Source: Octopus vulgaris
Taxonomy: Eukaryota
Assembly: GCA_951406725.2 (NCBI GenBank)
Contig: OX597817.1
Location: forward strand, 53,320,001-53,384,000
Reading direction: 5' to 3'
DNA length: 64,000 bases
A model generated the notes under the pieces. It saw only the letters and a list, made by a program, of their open reading frames with translations, made no database searches and was not told the origin of the DNA. Position 1 is the stretch's first letter, and each line of letters begins with the position of its first letter. A program made the position numbers and the translations under genes. Of the stretch, positions 1 through 14,630 are shown piece by piece.

Positions 1-10
1 TATACATAGA

Positions 11-59
<49 letters not shown>

Positions 60-435
60 AAGAGAGCAAGAGAGTGGGGTGGGGGGCTAACGAAACCGGA
101 AGTTTCTCTACTGACAAATTTATTAATCATCATTGCAGCAATTAAGAAAACAATTGTGTCGGTAAAAGTTTGGAAATGCAGCGTTTGGATGTGAGTGGGT
201 TGCTATTTTCAGCAAGTCGGGAAACATCAATTCAGTTAATAAATAGTGTTGCCTGTGCAAAAAAATATCACATCTACTTTGTATGGCTGATAGGCCATAA
301 CTACGTAAAGCTTGTTAAAATCATTTTAATTGGTTGGTTTGGTCGGCATTTGTATACGTCATAAGACAGCAGCTATATAAGCAAAACACTGTTCCCTCTT
401 CCCCCCTCTCTCTCTTTCTTCCCTCTCTCTCTTCC

Positions 436-475
<40 letters not shown>

Positions 476-492
476 TTTATCGCTTTCATCTA

Positions 493-819
493 CTAGCAGT
501 ATCGCCCGGCGTTGCTCGGGTTTTTCTTTTCAACCCTTTAGAATTGGAATTTTTGAAAAGTAAAACTTTTGCATTATGTAGCTTGTTATTCTTTTTAAGT
601 GAACATTTTTCTGGTTGAAATACACCGAAAATGGCTACACAGTAGTAAAAATAATCGTAAAAAATAGGGATTTTCATAGAAAAAAAGTACCTCTTTGATG
701 TAAATAATTTACTCTCAATTTTGGTCAACTTGCGCCGCGGGGTCTCGGAGAAGATAGTGTTAGTTGAAGGCTACCAAACCTGCCATACACAGACAACTTC
801 AGCTTTATATAGAGAGAGA
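493..819 (-). mobile_element. Non-autonomous Helitron, family H1 (internally deleted copy)
   Basis: On the minus strand it begins TC, ends with hairpin CCCGAGCAACGCCGGG then CTAG, and sits between A and T; homologous to 47659-48054. Confidence 0.8.
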
Positions 820-1037
820 TTATAGTAATTGAGAAAGGAAAATCCATGACCATTTCACAATTAGATACCTTTGAATACTAAGTGTAAAATCTTTATTATG
901 ATCATAAAATTCGATACAAAGATAGGACACTACAGGACAAAAGACGCTATTTAAACTATTTGTTGTGACATCATTTGAAGTCATACGACTTGAAAAACAT
1001 CAAATTCATCTAAGAATGGCGTATGACAGATGAAGAA

Positions 1038-1268
1038 AGGCGGCGAGCTGGCAGAAACGTTAGCACGCCGGGCGAAATGCTTAGCGATATTTCATCTGCC
1101 GTTACGTTCTGAGTTCAAATTCCGCCGAGATCGACTTTGCCTTTTATCCTTCCGGGGTCGATAAACAAGTACCAGTTACGCACTGGGGTCGATATAACCG
1201 ATTTAATCCGTTTGTCTGTCATTGTTTGTCCCCTCTATGTTCAGCCCCTTGTGGGCAATAAAGAAATA
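1038..1268 (+). mobile_element. tRNA-derived SINE, family A (full monomer)
   Basis: GGCGGCGAGCTGGCAGAAACG head, B-box-like GAGTTCAAATTCC, central GCCTTT(C)ATCCTT(T)CGGGGTCGAT domain; about 20 related copies in the window. Confidence 0.9.
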
Positions 1269-1579
1269 AGATGAAGAAATATAAATTATATGGGGATTTC
1301 ATACACATTTATATAAGCACAATTATCTTGGTGCCTTGTTTAATATATGAATGTGTGTTTGCGTGGACGTGTTTCTTTCTTCCTTCTGTTTTGTTTTGTG
1401 ACTTGTTTTTTTTTTTCTCCAGCTATTTGAATTCTTACAGCATGTGGAATGCGAGAAAAAACCGTTACCTATTTTTATTGTTCTATTAGTTGTATTGTCA
1501 TTGTGTGTTAGCAGTTACGTTTTTTGTATAACAACAACATTAACAACAAAAATAACAATAACAATAATAATGATTATTA

Positions 1580-2194
<615 letters not shown>

Positions 2195-2910
2195 ATAATA
2201 ATAATAATGATGATCTCTTTTATGTTTCATCGTCTTATTCTCAAAGTAGGGCTACTGTCTACCGACCATGCAGCTAAGATCATCTGAATATTTAACTAAG
2301 GCGTGAAACGAGAATCTCTGTTCGCGTAGCATTTCATTTTTTTTTTTTCACATTCGTAAGGCGGGTATAATATGCAATATTATGTTACTATATAAATTAA
2401 CGTTATGTCTATATGTGTACGTGTGTCTATGCTCGCATGTGTTTGTGAGGGTAGGAATGTGTATGTATTTTGAAGACATACATAGACAAATCCAGATGAT
2501 ACGACCTACCGCAACGAAATTTCACTTAAAGTAAATCGACCCAAAGCGCAACCTGAGTCTACAGAGATCCTGTGCTTTAAAAAATTATTGTAATTGTCTA
2601 AACTTTGTCGTAAGGTGGAGTTCCGTCGCGTGAGACAGTAACGTAAAGCGATCTATTATATTAACATGAGTATGCAAACATCCAAAGGATTGCGTTCGTG
2701 AAGACCTTGTTGTAACATGGAATTTTGTGACGTGAATCATATTTCCCTGTTGGATCCCACGTTGTACGACTTCCGTGGAGCATCAAAGTTCAATGATACA
2801 ATAAATTTCGTGTTACGAAACTCTGCGTTACAGTAAAAGTTTCATGAGATAAACAAGAAAAAGTGTGCTTATTACAATGTCGATATAAAACAAATTTCTT
2901 GCGTTTGACG

Positions 2911-2942
<32 letters not shown>

Positions 2943-3030
2943 TGTATGTATGTATGTATGTATGTATGTATGTATGTATGTATGTTTACATATGTACGCA
3001 CGTACAAACGTCTATATATGTGCTTGTGTG

Positions 3031-3080
<50 letters not shown>

Positions 3081-3157
3081 AATAAATATTAGGGAATAAA
3101 TCCAAATTTACAAGGAAAAATCAGATTTAAGATTGAATCCAATTTTATAATAAAATA

Positions 3158-3380
3158 ATATATTATAATAAATTAGAGACAAAACCACTATTATGCAAAT
3201 CAATCAAAGAAAGACTTAAGCCAATACATAAAATATAAAATAATTTATATAAATTAAATTAAAATTTAACAAATGAATAAATTTGTTAAATTTTAATTTA
3301 TATAAATTATTTTATATTTTATGTATTGGCTTAAGTCTTTCTTTGATTGATTTGCATAATAGTGGTTTTGTCTCTAATTT

Positions 3381-3391
<11 letters not shown>
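3158..3391. repeat. Long AT-rich inverted repeat (about 110 bp arms, short loop) between (TA)n tracts
   Basis: AAATTAGAGACAAAACCACTATTATGCAAATCAATC... is the reverse complement of ...GATTGATTTGCATAATAGTGGTTTTGTCTCTAATTT; related fragment at 58728-58833. Confidence 0.9.
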
Positions 3392-3439
<48 letters not shown>

Positions 3440-3502
3440 CTTACGTATGTATGAATGTATGTATGTATGTACTATGTATATATGTATGTATATTTATATA
3501 TA

Positions 3503-3713
3503 TAAAATACAATTGGGACAAGAACGCAAAACATCAAATACTCGATACAAAAACACGGACGGGTCATTCAAAGCCTTTAATCTTCAGTCAAGAACTGGAT
3601 CATCCTCGCAATTTCGGATGATCCGGTTATTGACTGAGGATTAAAAAGCTTCGTATGACCCGTCCGTGTTTTTGTATCGTCTATTTGGATGTTTTGCGTT
3701 CTTGTCCCAATTG

Positions 3714-3719
<6 letters not shown>
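3503..3719. repeat. Near-perfect fold-back (about 105 bp arms) inserted in (TA)n
   Basis: ATACAATTGGGACAAGAACGCAAAACATC ... GATGTTTTGCGTTCTTGTCCCAATTGTAT; apex GGATCATCC-TCGCAATTTC-GGATGATCC. Confidence 0.9.
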
Positions 3720-3757
<38 letters not shown>

Positions 3758-4586
3758 CGGCGTACGTACACTTTTGCTCTGTTATATGTATATTTATATA
3801 TGTACGCACGTACGAACGTCTGTATATGTGCTTGTGTGTGTGTATATATACTTACGTATGTATGCATGTATGTATGTATACATTGAGGCATACATGTATG
3901 TGTGTTGTGTAAGTATGTATTTATGTATGCATGCGTGTTTGTGTGTGTACGTATGCAAGTGAATACGATTACACAGTAACTCCTCAATGACGTCATCCAC
4001 GTCATAGCTGAATGCCGTCGCCTTCTTTAATGATTATTATCAATGACATAATTATTAATGTAATAAATACTTTTCATGTTCAGAATTGTTAATCTCGGAA
4101 TCTTTTTTTCTTTTAACGGAAATGATTTCCTCCCATTTTATTACACCTCCCTACACACACGTCCTCCCCTCCCCCTCTCTCTTTCCCTCTCTCTCTCTAA
4201 TATATCTCCGACATACTTGCCCGTCTACCTTCACAGCCCCTACAACTACCTCAACCCCCTTTATGGGGAAATTAATGGGAAAGGGGTTAGTAGATCCCGT
4301 TGACCTCGTTATTTGACTGGTACTTTATATTGTCGATCCTGAAGAAAAAAAAGGGAGTTGACCTCGGTGAAATTTGAACCCAGAAAATAAAAAGCAGGAC
4401 AAATTCCTGCAAGATATTTTTGTACGACGCCCTAACGATCCTGCCCATTCACGGCCCTTTGTTTCTGCTCTAGGTTTATGGTCAGTGATTCTAGAGAGGA
4501 GAAATAATTGATTAAATCGACCCCAGTAGTTAACTGGTATTTCCCCACCAGCACGACTTTTATCCGTTATGCTTTTTTTTTAATGT

Positions 4587-5415
4587 GAAGGCGCGTAATT
4601 TAGTGGTTCGGGTATTCGGCTCACACACGTAAGGTCGAGAGTTCGATTCCTGGCGGCGCGTTGTGTCCTTGATCAAGACACTTTATTTCATGTTGTTCCA
4701 GTCCACTCAGCTAGCAAAAATGAGTGGTACCCATAATTCAAATCTGGACCACTGCCTTAATTTCTTTATTGCCCACAGGGGGCTAAACATAGAGGGGACA
4801 AACAAGGGAAAAGTCGATTATATCGACCCCAGTGCATAATTATTTCTTTACTACCCACAAGGGGCTAAACACAGAGAAGACAAACAAGGACAGACAAACG
4901 GATTCAGTCGATTACATCGGCCCCAGTGCGTCACTGGTACTTATTTAATCTACCCCGAAAGGATGAAATGTAAAGTCGATCTCGGCGGAATTTGAACTCA
5001 GAACGTAGCGGCAGACGAAATACCTATTTCTTTACTACCCACAAGGGGCTAAACACAGAGAGGACAAACAAGGACAGACAAACGGATTAAGTCGATTACA
5101 TCGACCCCAGTGCGTAACTGGTACTTATTTAATCTACCCCGAAGGATGAACGGTAAAGTCGATCTCGGCGGAATTTGAACTCAGAACGTAGCGGCAGACG
5201 AAATACGGCTACGCATTTCGCCCGGCGTGCTAACGTTTCTGCCAGCCCGCCGCGTTCTGAACCACCACCTTGCCATACTCTGTGTCACGCTGAATCTCTT
5301 TGAAGGATGCGCGTGTCTGTGGAGTGTTCAGCCACTTACACGTTAATTTCACGAGCAAGCTGATCTGTTGATCTGGTCAACTGGAACCCTCGTCGTCATA
5401 ACCGACGGAGTACCA
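4587..5415 (+). mobile_element. SINE family C interrupted by an antisense family A multimer (4758-5233)
   Basis: A/B-box head TAGTGGTT...GAGTTCGATTCC, CORE-like GTGTCCTTGA(G)CAAGACACTT; the family C tail resumes near 5250. Confidence 0.8.
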
Positions 5416-5646
5416 GCTGTCGAATAACGTCAAACGTGAAGAGAGATGGACTCTGCCAGATTTAAATTAACAAGAAACATCGTACGTGACATCAGCTCCC
5501 CTGTAACTCTTTGATGAGTTGAGGACTCGGAGGCGGAAGCTATAAGTCCTTATAGATATTTCCTTTTAAACAGAAAAAGGGCAACAAACACATTGACAGT
5601 TGTCTGCGATGCGGTTTTGATCATCGACTGAGCCGTTTCACTTCAG

Positions 5647-5723
<77 letters not shown>

Positions 5724-5729
<6 letters not shown>

Positions 5730-6109
5730 CAAATAAGAAAATGGAGAAACAAATTTCGGATATTAGAATGTTGGATTATTTATTTTTGCATTCTTATCTT
5801 ATATGTATTGAATTATAAGATATATATGTATGCTATTAAGGTTCTCATTTTGTTAAATGAATAAATAATCCAACATTCTAATATCCGAAAGTTGATGAAC
5901 AAATTAAATTTGTTTCTCCATTTTCTTATTTGTATTATAAATTAACGGTAAAAATATTTCTTTACCTTTACCTGTTTAATACAATGAATGAGTTAATTGC
6001 ATTGCAATTAAAAACTTTTATGTATTAAGAATCTGGGTACTTTACCAACAGTATATTGGATAAATGCTATCCCATAGTGGGTTACACCCATAACCCCTAA
6101 CTTACTTTG

Positions 6110-6116
<7 letters not shown>
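5724..6116. mobile_element. Microsatellite-embedded element with a terminal inverted duplication
   Basis: 5725-5782 is the reverse complement of parts of 5861-5938; a second copy lies at 32164-32280, also inside (TA)n. Confidence 0.7.
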
Positions 6117-6145
<29 letters not shown>

Positions 6146-7192
6146 GGAGCTAGAAATATTGTCAGATAGTTGTTGATAGTGAGGAATTAGCTACGAAAAT
6201 TGTAAAGTTTAATAACATTGGATATTATGCCACCGATTCCAGACAGAAATAAGAACATATTCAACGGGTTTGTCTTTTGAAGGTCAACGTTCGAGTTGCG
6301 TGAGTGAAACAAGTTTTAATTTTTTTTCAAACCTTTATTTTTAATGTCTGTTATTGTTGAAGTTAATGATGCTGTTGATACTGATGTTGTTTAGTGTGTT
6401 GTTGTTGATGTTGTTGTTGATGGTGATAATGACGACGACGGCGACGATGACAACGATTACGAGAAGAAGAATTTAGTTATATTTTATTTATTCTTGTTTC
6501 CCTCCTCTCCTCCCACCAATAACATTCTTGTTATGGGTGTGGGTACATCCGGGTACTCTACTCGGCTGCCGAATTACAATCATCATTATTAATCACCAAG
6601 GTGTTGTTTTTTTTTTTTTTGTTTTGTTTTCTTGTTCCTCCCGCAACGTTTTTCTTTGCTTTCCTGACGACTTTCTAAACAAATCTTGGCTAAGACAGAA
6701 GGAAGAACATACACCTTTAAACCGATTGCTTCTCTAAGCATCGTTTTATTACCTTTCACCTCCACCTGTAAAAGAAACAAACATTGTCTCACCTGCCCAC
6801 TTACAGCTGAATGCGATAAACGCTAAAAGAATGACTGCGGTCATGCTGGAGCAGTGCTTTCAAGAGTTTTCTTTTTAAACCTATCAAAGACCAACTCCAG
6901 AATCGAACCTACGGTTTAAATTGGATTTGGTGCTTGCATTATCTACAGTGTCTTTCCAACACTTGATGCCGTTAATGTTGTTTACCTCACTGTGAACTCT
7001 ATATTATCGTACTTAGCCATTTCTAGCATCCTACATGATGTGCCTAGATTCTATGGAATCCCTATAACTAATTCATATACCTCTTTTTTCCAATCATATC
7101 GCCATGAATTATGCAGTTTTTTTTTGCTCTCTCCGTTTTTTTTTTTTTTTTTTTTTTTTTGCATTCTCTCTCCAATTTGTTTCCTCTTAATC

Positions 7193-7228
7193 CTTTCTGT
7201 TGAAGAGCATAGGCTCGAAACGTAAAAG
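7193..7228 (+). ncRNA. Minimal hammerhead-ribozyme-like motif (variant core)
   Basis: CTTT-CTGTTGA-A-GAGC ATAG GCTC-GAAA-CG-TA-AAAG: stems I and II pair, core position 6 is U instead of A; more decayed paralog at 30401-30436. Confidence 0.5.
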
Positions 7229-7341
7229 ACTTTTCCATTTTTCCCGAGCGTTAAACTAATATACCTGCTTGTTATTCCTACACTTGCCTACGTCTTTGGT
7301 TTTCTGTTAATTTGAACTATATGTGTGTGTATGTGCGTGCG

Positions 7342-7392
<51 letters not shown>

Positions 7393-7421
7393 CCATGGAT
7401 GGAATTTATAAATATTTTAAT

Positions 7422-7550
7422 ACATCACTACGCGCGTTTCCACAAATCACATGCTGCTTGCGATCATAGTCCTTATTCCTGTGATGATTATAGTACAGTC
7501 CGTAGACATTTGGTGGACCATATTCGTGCGTTCATTCCTTCGGGTGATGT
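7422..7550 (-). ncRNA. Degenerate hammerhead-like motif with a long stem II insert
   Basis: Minus strand: ACATCAC-CCGAAGG...(about 95 nt)...GAAA-CGCGCG-TA-GTGATGT; 7-bp stem I and palindromic stem III, two core substitutions. Confidence 0.4.
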
Positions 7551-7829
7551 CGCATTAACGTTGGAAGCATCGGATGTGTAACTGGGGGTTGTTTATCAGT
7601 TTTGACCAATGAAAAGGTTGATTGGGGTATGTGGGCAGTTCTGTGTGTATTTGGTGGTGGGGGAGTATAGAAGGTGGTGGAGAGAGAGAGAATGGAATGG
7701 TAATTATAAAGGAGAGGGAGGTGTGCATGGTGGTGTTAGACTTATTTATTTTGATATCTGAGTATGCAGATGTCGGGATGTGTTGTATATTATTACTATA
7801 TTTATCCTACATTATATATATAAACATAT

Positions 7830-7914
<85 letters not shown>

Positions 7915-7926
7915 GATAGATAGTAA

Positions 7927-8150
7927 GGCGGAGAACTGGCCGAAACGTTAGCACGCCGGGCAAAATGCTTAGCAGTATTTTATCTGCCGCTACGTTCTGA
8001 GTTCAAATTCCGCCGAGGTCGACTTTACATTTCATCCTTTCGGGGTCGATTAAATAAGTACCAGTTACGCACTGGGGTCGATATAATCGACTTAATCCGT
8101 TTGTCTGTCCTTGTTTGTCTTCTCTGTGTTTAGCCCCTTGTGGGTAGTAA
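7927..8150 (+). mobile_element. SINE family A inserted in a (GATA)n tract
   Basis: Family A consensus flanked by (GATA)n on both sides. Confidence 0.9.
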
Positions 8151-8154
8151 AAAA

Positions 8155-8234
<80 letters not shown>

Positions 8235-9969
8235 GATTTCTGCACAACCTCCATCAACCAAATTAGACTCACGGCATACTGGTGAAATCGAGGCAATGAT
8301 AGAAACTGCTTTTCAAATTACCGCGCCGCGGGATCGAACCCGGAACCAACAGTGCATAAAGTAAGCTTCTTTACCTGCGTCTAAGCGTGTTACTTTGCTG
8401 AAACATGCAGTATTCTTTCTTTTCACAACAAATTAACACTTCTTCATTTCTCTGTTTATTTGGATCATATTTTGTCAATTTGCCGCCTCAGCGCTGAACC
8501 TTCTGATAAGACATCTTTTAACTGTTCTACATCACATCAATCTATCCCAAGCATATTTCTTAACAAGACGTATATCTTGTGATGACTGCCATTTATCTTC
8601 TCTGTTGCTTTATCCGTTTGAATGTCATGGCTCTTTGAAGTTCTCTAAATTGTCTTAACTCTCTATACTTTCGTAGATTATTCTAATCTGATTCGTTCAT
8701 TCTATTTACTGCCGTTGATTGATTAAGCTGCTCACTTATCACAGTCACTTCTCCCACGTGACATTCTATCTTTACGTATTGCTTCCTTTTAAAATCACGT
8801 TTTCTTCTTTCTAGCAAATAAAAATAAAGAAAGAATTCACAGGAATTTCTAGTCTTTACTTCTGTAAAAATATGAATACGTTGAGGTGAACGCGGTTTTA
8901 ATGGCACTATGATAAGACGAAGGTTAACGCCTATAACATTTTCAGACAACGCCTTTGTGGCGCGGTGACATGGCGACCGACTGGTCTCTGCTAAAGGCAC
9001 CCAAAGGCCAGATTGTGACGTTAAACGAAGAGAAGCATTTTGTCTACTCCCCAACATCATTGTTGTACAATGATCTCTTCGCCAACGGCAGGCTTCCGCA
9101 TATTTTCCGTCTATTAAATTAGTTTTGGGGGTTTTCGCACATTCGATGTTATGGGAGAAGATGCTGCTCAGGGGGAATCAAACAAAATCCATTTTTAGAG
9201 GAAAATTTATAAATTATTATCCATGTTAAGTTAGTTTCGTTGTGATAGCTCGGCCACCACTTAGGTGGGTGCTAGACATAACAGCTACTTAAAAGTGTGG
9301 GCACAAAATAAAGGTTTAAAACCACTGATGTTAAGGAAGATAGTTGATAAGAGTTTGATTTAATTTCACGTTTCTTAAAGTTTCATGGGCGAAGGAAGCG
9401 TCCACTTCAGCCTACCGTCTTAAAAAATGAAGGATACATCGAATAGCCCTGGATATAAATTGGATAATGTGGGCCTAACTGAAAAAACAGACGGGACAGT
9501 CACGTCCGGAATATGTTTGATGAAGAGGTCTGTTCGATCAGAACTGACAAGAGACTAAACAGCACCAAAGTAACATATTTATGGAGATAGTCGTGATGAC
9601 ATTGTTAACAGATCGATAACAATAATACCCTATATTGGAATGGAGTCAACCCTGGCTGATTCGTGTCAGCTCATCAAATGATTTGGCAACAATGTAAAGG
9701 TCGATAATTTCTTTTATCTCCTTAAATAATAAAATATATACATATACAAATCTTAAGAATACCAAAATAGACGTGAGAAACTTAGATTCCAAAAAAAATA
9801 TTGGCTCCAAGCCTAGACTAAAGATAATCCTCACCAAAATCAACAGAGTTTAATAGTTTCAGAATTTTGAATTTTTTTTTTTTTATCCTTGATCTTTAAG
9901 TCGTAGATCTCCAATTTGGGGCTCAAATGAATCCAACTGTTTTTAAAACAAGAAATAAGTGGAAATTTT

Positions 9970-10859
9970 ACCTATTTCTTTACTACCCACAAGGGACTAA
10001 ACACAGAGGGGACAAACAAGGACAGACAAACGGATTAAGTCGATTACATTGACCCCAGTGCGTAACTGGTACTTAATTTATCGACCCCGAAAGGATGAAA
10101 GGCAAAGTCGACCTCGGCGGAATTTGAACTCAGAACGTAGCGGCAGACGAAATACGGCCATGCATTTCGCCCAGCGTGCTAACGTTTCTGCCAGCTCGCC
10201 ACCTTATAAGTGAAAATTTTACCGGTGAGTGTGTTAAATTATAAGGACAAAAAGAAAATTACTCTCCCCAGACACAACAGAATGTTTTTAAAATGTTATG
10301 GAAATAGTACCACACACCAGCAATTATTTCTTGAATATTTCTAGAATATGACCTGAAACATTTTGGTAGGCTTATAGAGAAGATCTATGAATACTTTATG
10401 AATGAATTATTCACATTTTAATATAAATGGTATTTAACATAATTAGGCGGCGAGCTGGCAGAAACATTAGCACGCCGGGCGAAATGCTTTGTGGTATTTC
10501 GTCCGCCGATGCGTTCTGAGTTCAAATTCCGCCGAGGTCGACTTTGCCTTCCATCCTTTCGGGGTCGATTAAATAAGTACCAGTTACGCACTGGGGTCGA
10601 TATAATCGACTTAATCCGTTTGTCTGTCCTTGTTTGTCTTCTCTGTGTCTAGCCCTTGTGGGTAGTAAAGAAATAGGTATTTCGTCTGCCGTTACGTTCT
10701 GAGTTCAAATTCCGCCGAGTTCGACTTTGCCTTTCATCCTTTTGGGGTCGATAAATTAAGTACCAGTTACGCACTGGGGGTCGATGTAATCGACTTAATC
10801 CTTTTGTCTGTCTTTGTTTGTCCACTCTATGTTTAGCCCTTTGTGGGTGGTAAAGAAAT
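9970..10859. mobile_element. Two divergently oriented SINE A copies (9970-10204 minus; dimer 10446-10859 plus)
   Basis: Family A consensus matches; the plus copy restarts internally at GGTATTTCGTC. Confidence 0.9.
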
Positions 10860-11303
10860 ATGTATTTAACATAATAAACAGTAATTTAATATCTAGCATT
10901 AGCACAAAGACTCGGTTTTGAAAGGAAAGGTACTTTTGATAGAATATGCTTGGTTAAAGCTTCATTGTATGAACTTTGGAAGAATGGAAAGCAAACACGA
11001 CTTGAGCGGGATTTGAACTCAGAATAATTTTCTATAGCCTCGAGTTGTGAGTTAAATTGAACAAACGGAAACTGTACGCTAGAAGGTCCTCGGGTGGATT
11101 CTAGTGGCAGTTTAATGGTATAGCTTTGTCACTCTCTATGTAACACACGATGTGTGACACTGTGTAACACACGCTGGATTACGTTGTGAACGCGCGTGGA
11201 GTAGTACTCTGCCACTTACACGTTAATTCAATGAGCAGATAATAGAATAAGTGAATTTTCATCGTCGAGTGACGGAGATCCAACATTGTTACTTTATAAT
11301 ATA

Positions 11304-11685
11304 CGAGCAAAACGCCCCCCGTCCAATGGACGGTGCTGAGTTGTCAAACATTTAAACCAAATTTTCCCAAAACAACTTGTCCGACCGTCCCATAGCCCCC
11401 CCCCCCCCCTTGGAGAATTTGAGACACCAACAAAAGAAGAAATAAAGATAGACTTTTTTCTATTCCAAGAAAAACGATTTTACAAATGCACGTTCCCACG
11501 GCTTAATCGAACGCATTCTCACCTGGAATCGATTTTTGTAATTTTTTCAAGACTTATACACGCGCTGATACCGTCTGTATCTACATATCAAATTTGAGCG
11601 CAATCGGATGGAGGATGCCCGATCCTAGAAGACACACACGCGCACACACACACACACACACACAGAACGGATTTTATATAATATA
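11304..11685 (-). mobile_element. Non-autonomous Helitron-like element, family H2
   Basis: Homologous to 46250-46941; subterminal hairpin CCGTCCATTGGACGG, 3' end CTCG followed by T; 5' end T(A/C)TATT(A/G)TATAAAATCCG. Confidence 0.65.
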
Positions 11686-12304
11686 TTATTTTAGACATTA
11701 TATTTTACACTATGGCGGCGAGCTGGCAGAATCGTTAGCACGCTGGACGAAATGCTTAGCAGTATTTCGCACACTGCTACGTTCCGAGTTCAAATTCCGC
11801 CGAGGTCGACTTTATCTTTCATACTTTCGGGGTCGGTAAAACAAGTACCAGTGAGACACTGGGTTCGATGTAATCGACTAGTCCCCTACCACAAAATTTC
11901 AGGCCTTGGACCTATAGTAGACAAGATTATATTTTACATTATATTCCCTTACTATATTTATTTTATCATATACTGTATTTATGTTAGATTATATTATATC
12001 CTATATATTCTACATTACACGGTATCATATCATGTATTATTTGTTAGTTTGCTGTTACTAGCCACTGTATTCACCCGAATATATTACTTGTACTATCCAA
12101 TGTGATTCTGTGGTTAAGGCCGCTTATGAACTAATTGTTTGATCAACAATTTCGACCTTGACATCATTTATAGTATTGAATTCGGAGGCGTAGCCAGATT
12201 CTAAAGTTAGTGGGAGTGAGCACATAAAAAAAGGCGCCGTAATGCATACCAGACAATCTTTAACTCATTTCTCTTATATTGCACAAAATACTTCATTAGT
12301 TACT

Positions 12305-12561
12305 GTTTGTTCCTTCTCGAGCCATGCCTGGCTCATAAGGGCTGGTTTCCCAGTTTCCTTGGTGTATAGGTGAACTGCAAGATGCAGGAGGAAAGACTGA
12401 GGGAAAGTTGTGGCGAAAGAGTCAGCAGAAGTTCGCCATTACCTTCTGCCGGAGCCGCGTGGAGCTTAGGTGTTTCGCTCATAAACACACACATCGCCCA
12501 GTCTGAGATTCGAACCCGCGATCCTTCGACCGCTAGGCAGCTGCTCTAACCACTAGGCCAA
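12305..12561 (-). mobile_element. SINE family C variant
   Basis: Minus-strand head TGGCCTAGTGGTTAG...GGTTCGAATCTC; same tail as 49380-49683. Confidence 0.85.
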
Positions 12562-13689
12562 GTGTTATAATATATGTAATTGCATTCTGCATTCATTAAT
12601 TTCGTGTTCCAGTAACAATGTATGAAACTTCCAACTACTTATATATAGGTGTGACATGAAAAAGATGAAACTCCACAGGATCATCCAGTGTCGGGAGGTT
12701 ATGACGTCAGGGTTTGTTTCGGTTCTTCAGATGTCAGCGGCCACCAACACATCACAGGAGATTGAGGGGACAATTCAAAAACATGGGATGTTGATCAAAT
12801 AAAGTAAAAACCCCAGAAAGTTTTTCCAAGGCCATATGGTTAACAAAGAAAAGAAATTTGACTTTTATCGCACAAGTAAACTAAAGAGTTAGAAAAAATT
12901 GTTGAAAAAGGGTCAGTTTTGAAAAATGTGTTTGGAGAGAGTGGTCACTCCCCTTGCTCCCTTATTAAGTATGCTACCGATTGTAATGGATGAAGACTAC
13001 AACACCACATAACAGATGTTTAATTGACGTCAATGGAGGAGAGATCCTCTATGTGACCACTTGTCCTGCTAGGAATAACAGCCAAATCTCTCTCAGAACA
13101 AACTGTACGTCTCAAAAAAGACATATCGGATAAGGTAGTCTTAGATATACAATGACTGACAAGAAATACGGAAGTGCTTGGCTGGGATATTTTTGATTAT
13201 AGATCTGGTTGTTTAGAGCTGATCTAAGACTAACAACTAAGACAACGGCGACGACGACGACAGCAGCTCCCCCTATGTTAATAACGTTCGCATATGCCCT
13301 TGAGAAGGGGTACAATGCTAAGAATACCCAACACCATTCACCTATCCTTGTACATCTGATATGTGATGTAGAATATCATTATTCTAAGGGGTTTTTTTGT
13401 AATCTAGAAATTCCAATTGTACATCTGTCTATTTTTACTTGACAAGCAGAGGAACATATGGGAATAAGTAAATCAAAGATGGCGACTAAAAGGCACAATA
13501 GCGTAAAAGTGATTATGTCAGAAAGAGGAGGGCGCTCGCACACTGTTATTTTGGTGAGGGAACCTTTATTTCTGCGATGATTATTTTTGTTTTTGTTTTT
13601 ATATTTAGTTTGCTTTCGTTGTTTTGTTTTTTAAGTTGTCTGTATTTTTGTTATTGTTCTTTGTTTATCGTTGCTGTTATTGCTGTTAT

Positions 13690-13703
13690 TGTTATTATTA
13701 TTA

Positions 13704-13792
<89 letters not shown>

Positions 13793-13863
13793 CTTCTTCT
13801 TCTTCTTCTTCTTCTTCTTCTTCTTCTTCTTCTTCTTCTTCTTCTTCTTCTTGTTTCCCCTAG

Positions 13864-13901
<38 letters not shown>

Positions 13902-13986
13902 ATCCCAATTGAGATTTTCCTCTCAGAAAACGTTATATAGATACTTGATGCTATTTTTGCTTTAATAGAATAATCAGAAGAGGAAT

Positions 13987-14068
<82 letters not shown>

Positions 14069-14130
14069 TGTATGTATATGTATGTATATATATATATATA
14101 TATTTATATATATACATATGTATATATATG

Positions 14131-14205
<75 letters not shown>

Positions 14206-14291
14206 ATATATGTACATATATATATATATATATGTAAAAATATACATATATATATATATATATGCATATACACGTATATATATGCATATGC

Positions 14292-14367
<76 letters not shown>

Positions 14368-14409
14368 TGACAGACAGACATACAAATAGATTGACAGACA
14401 GAGGCAAGC

Positions 14410-14448
<39 letters not shown>

Positions 14449-14465
14449 TAGACAGACAGACAGAC

Positions 14466-14549
<84 letters not shown>

Positions 14550-14630
14550 GGATGCATGCATACATACATACACACATACACATATATACATACATACATA
14601 CATACATACATACATACATACATACATACA

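Noticed and set aside
6766-6792. Minus-strand GTGAG...TTTTACAG mini-intron
   Set aside because: Only 27 nt, and the flanks give no recognisable protein.
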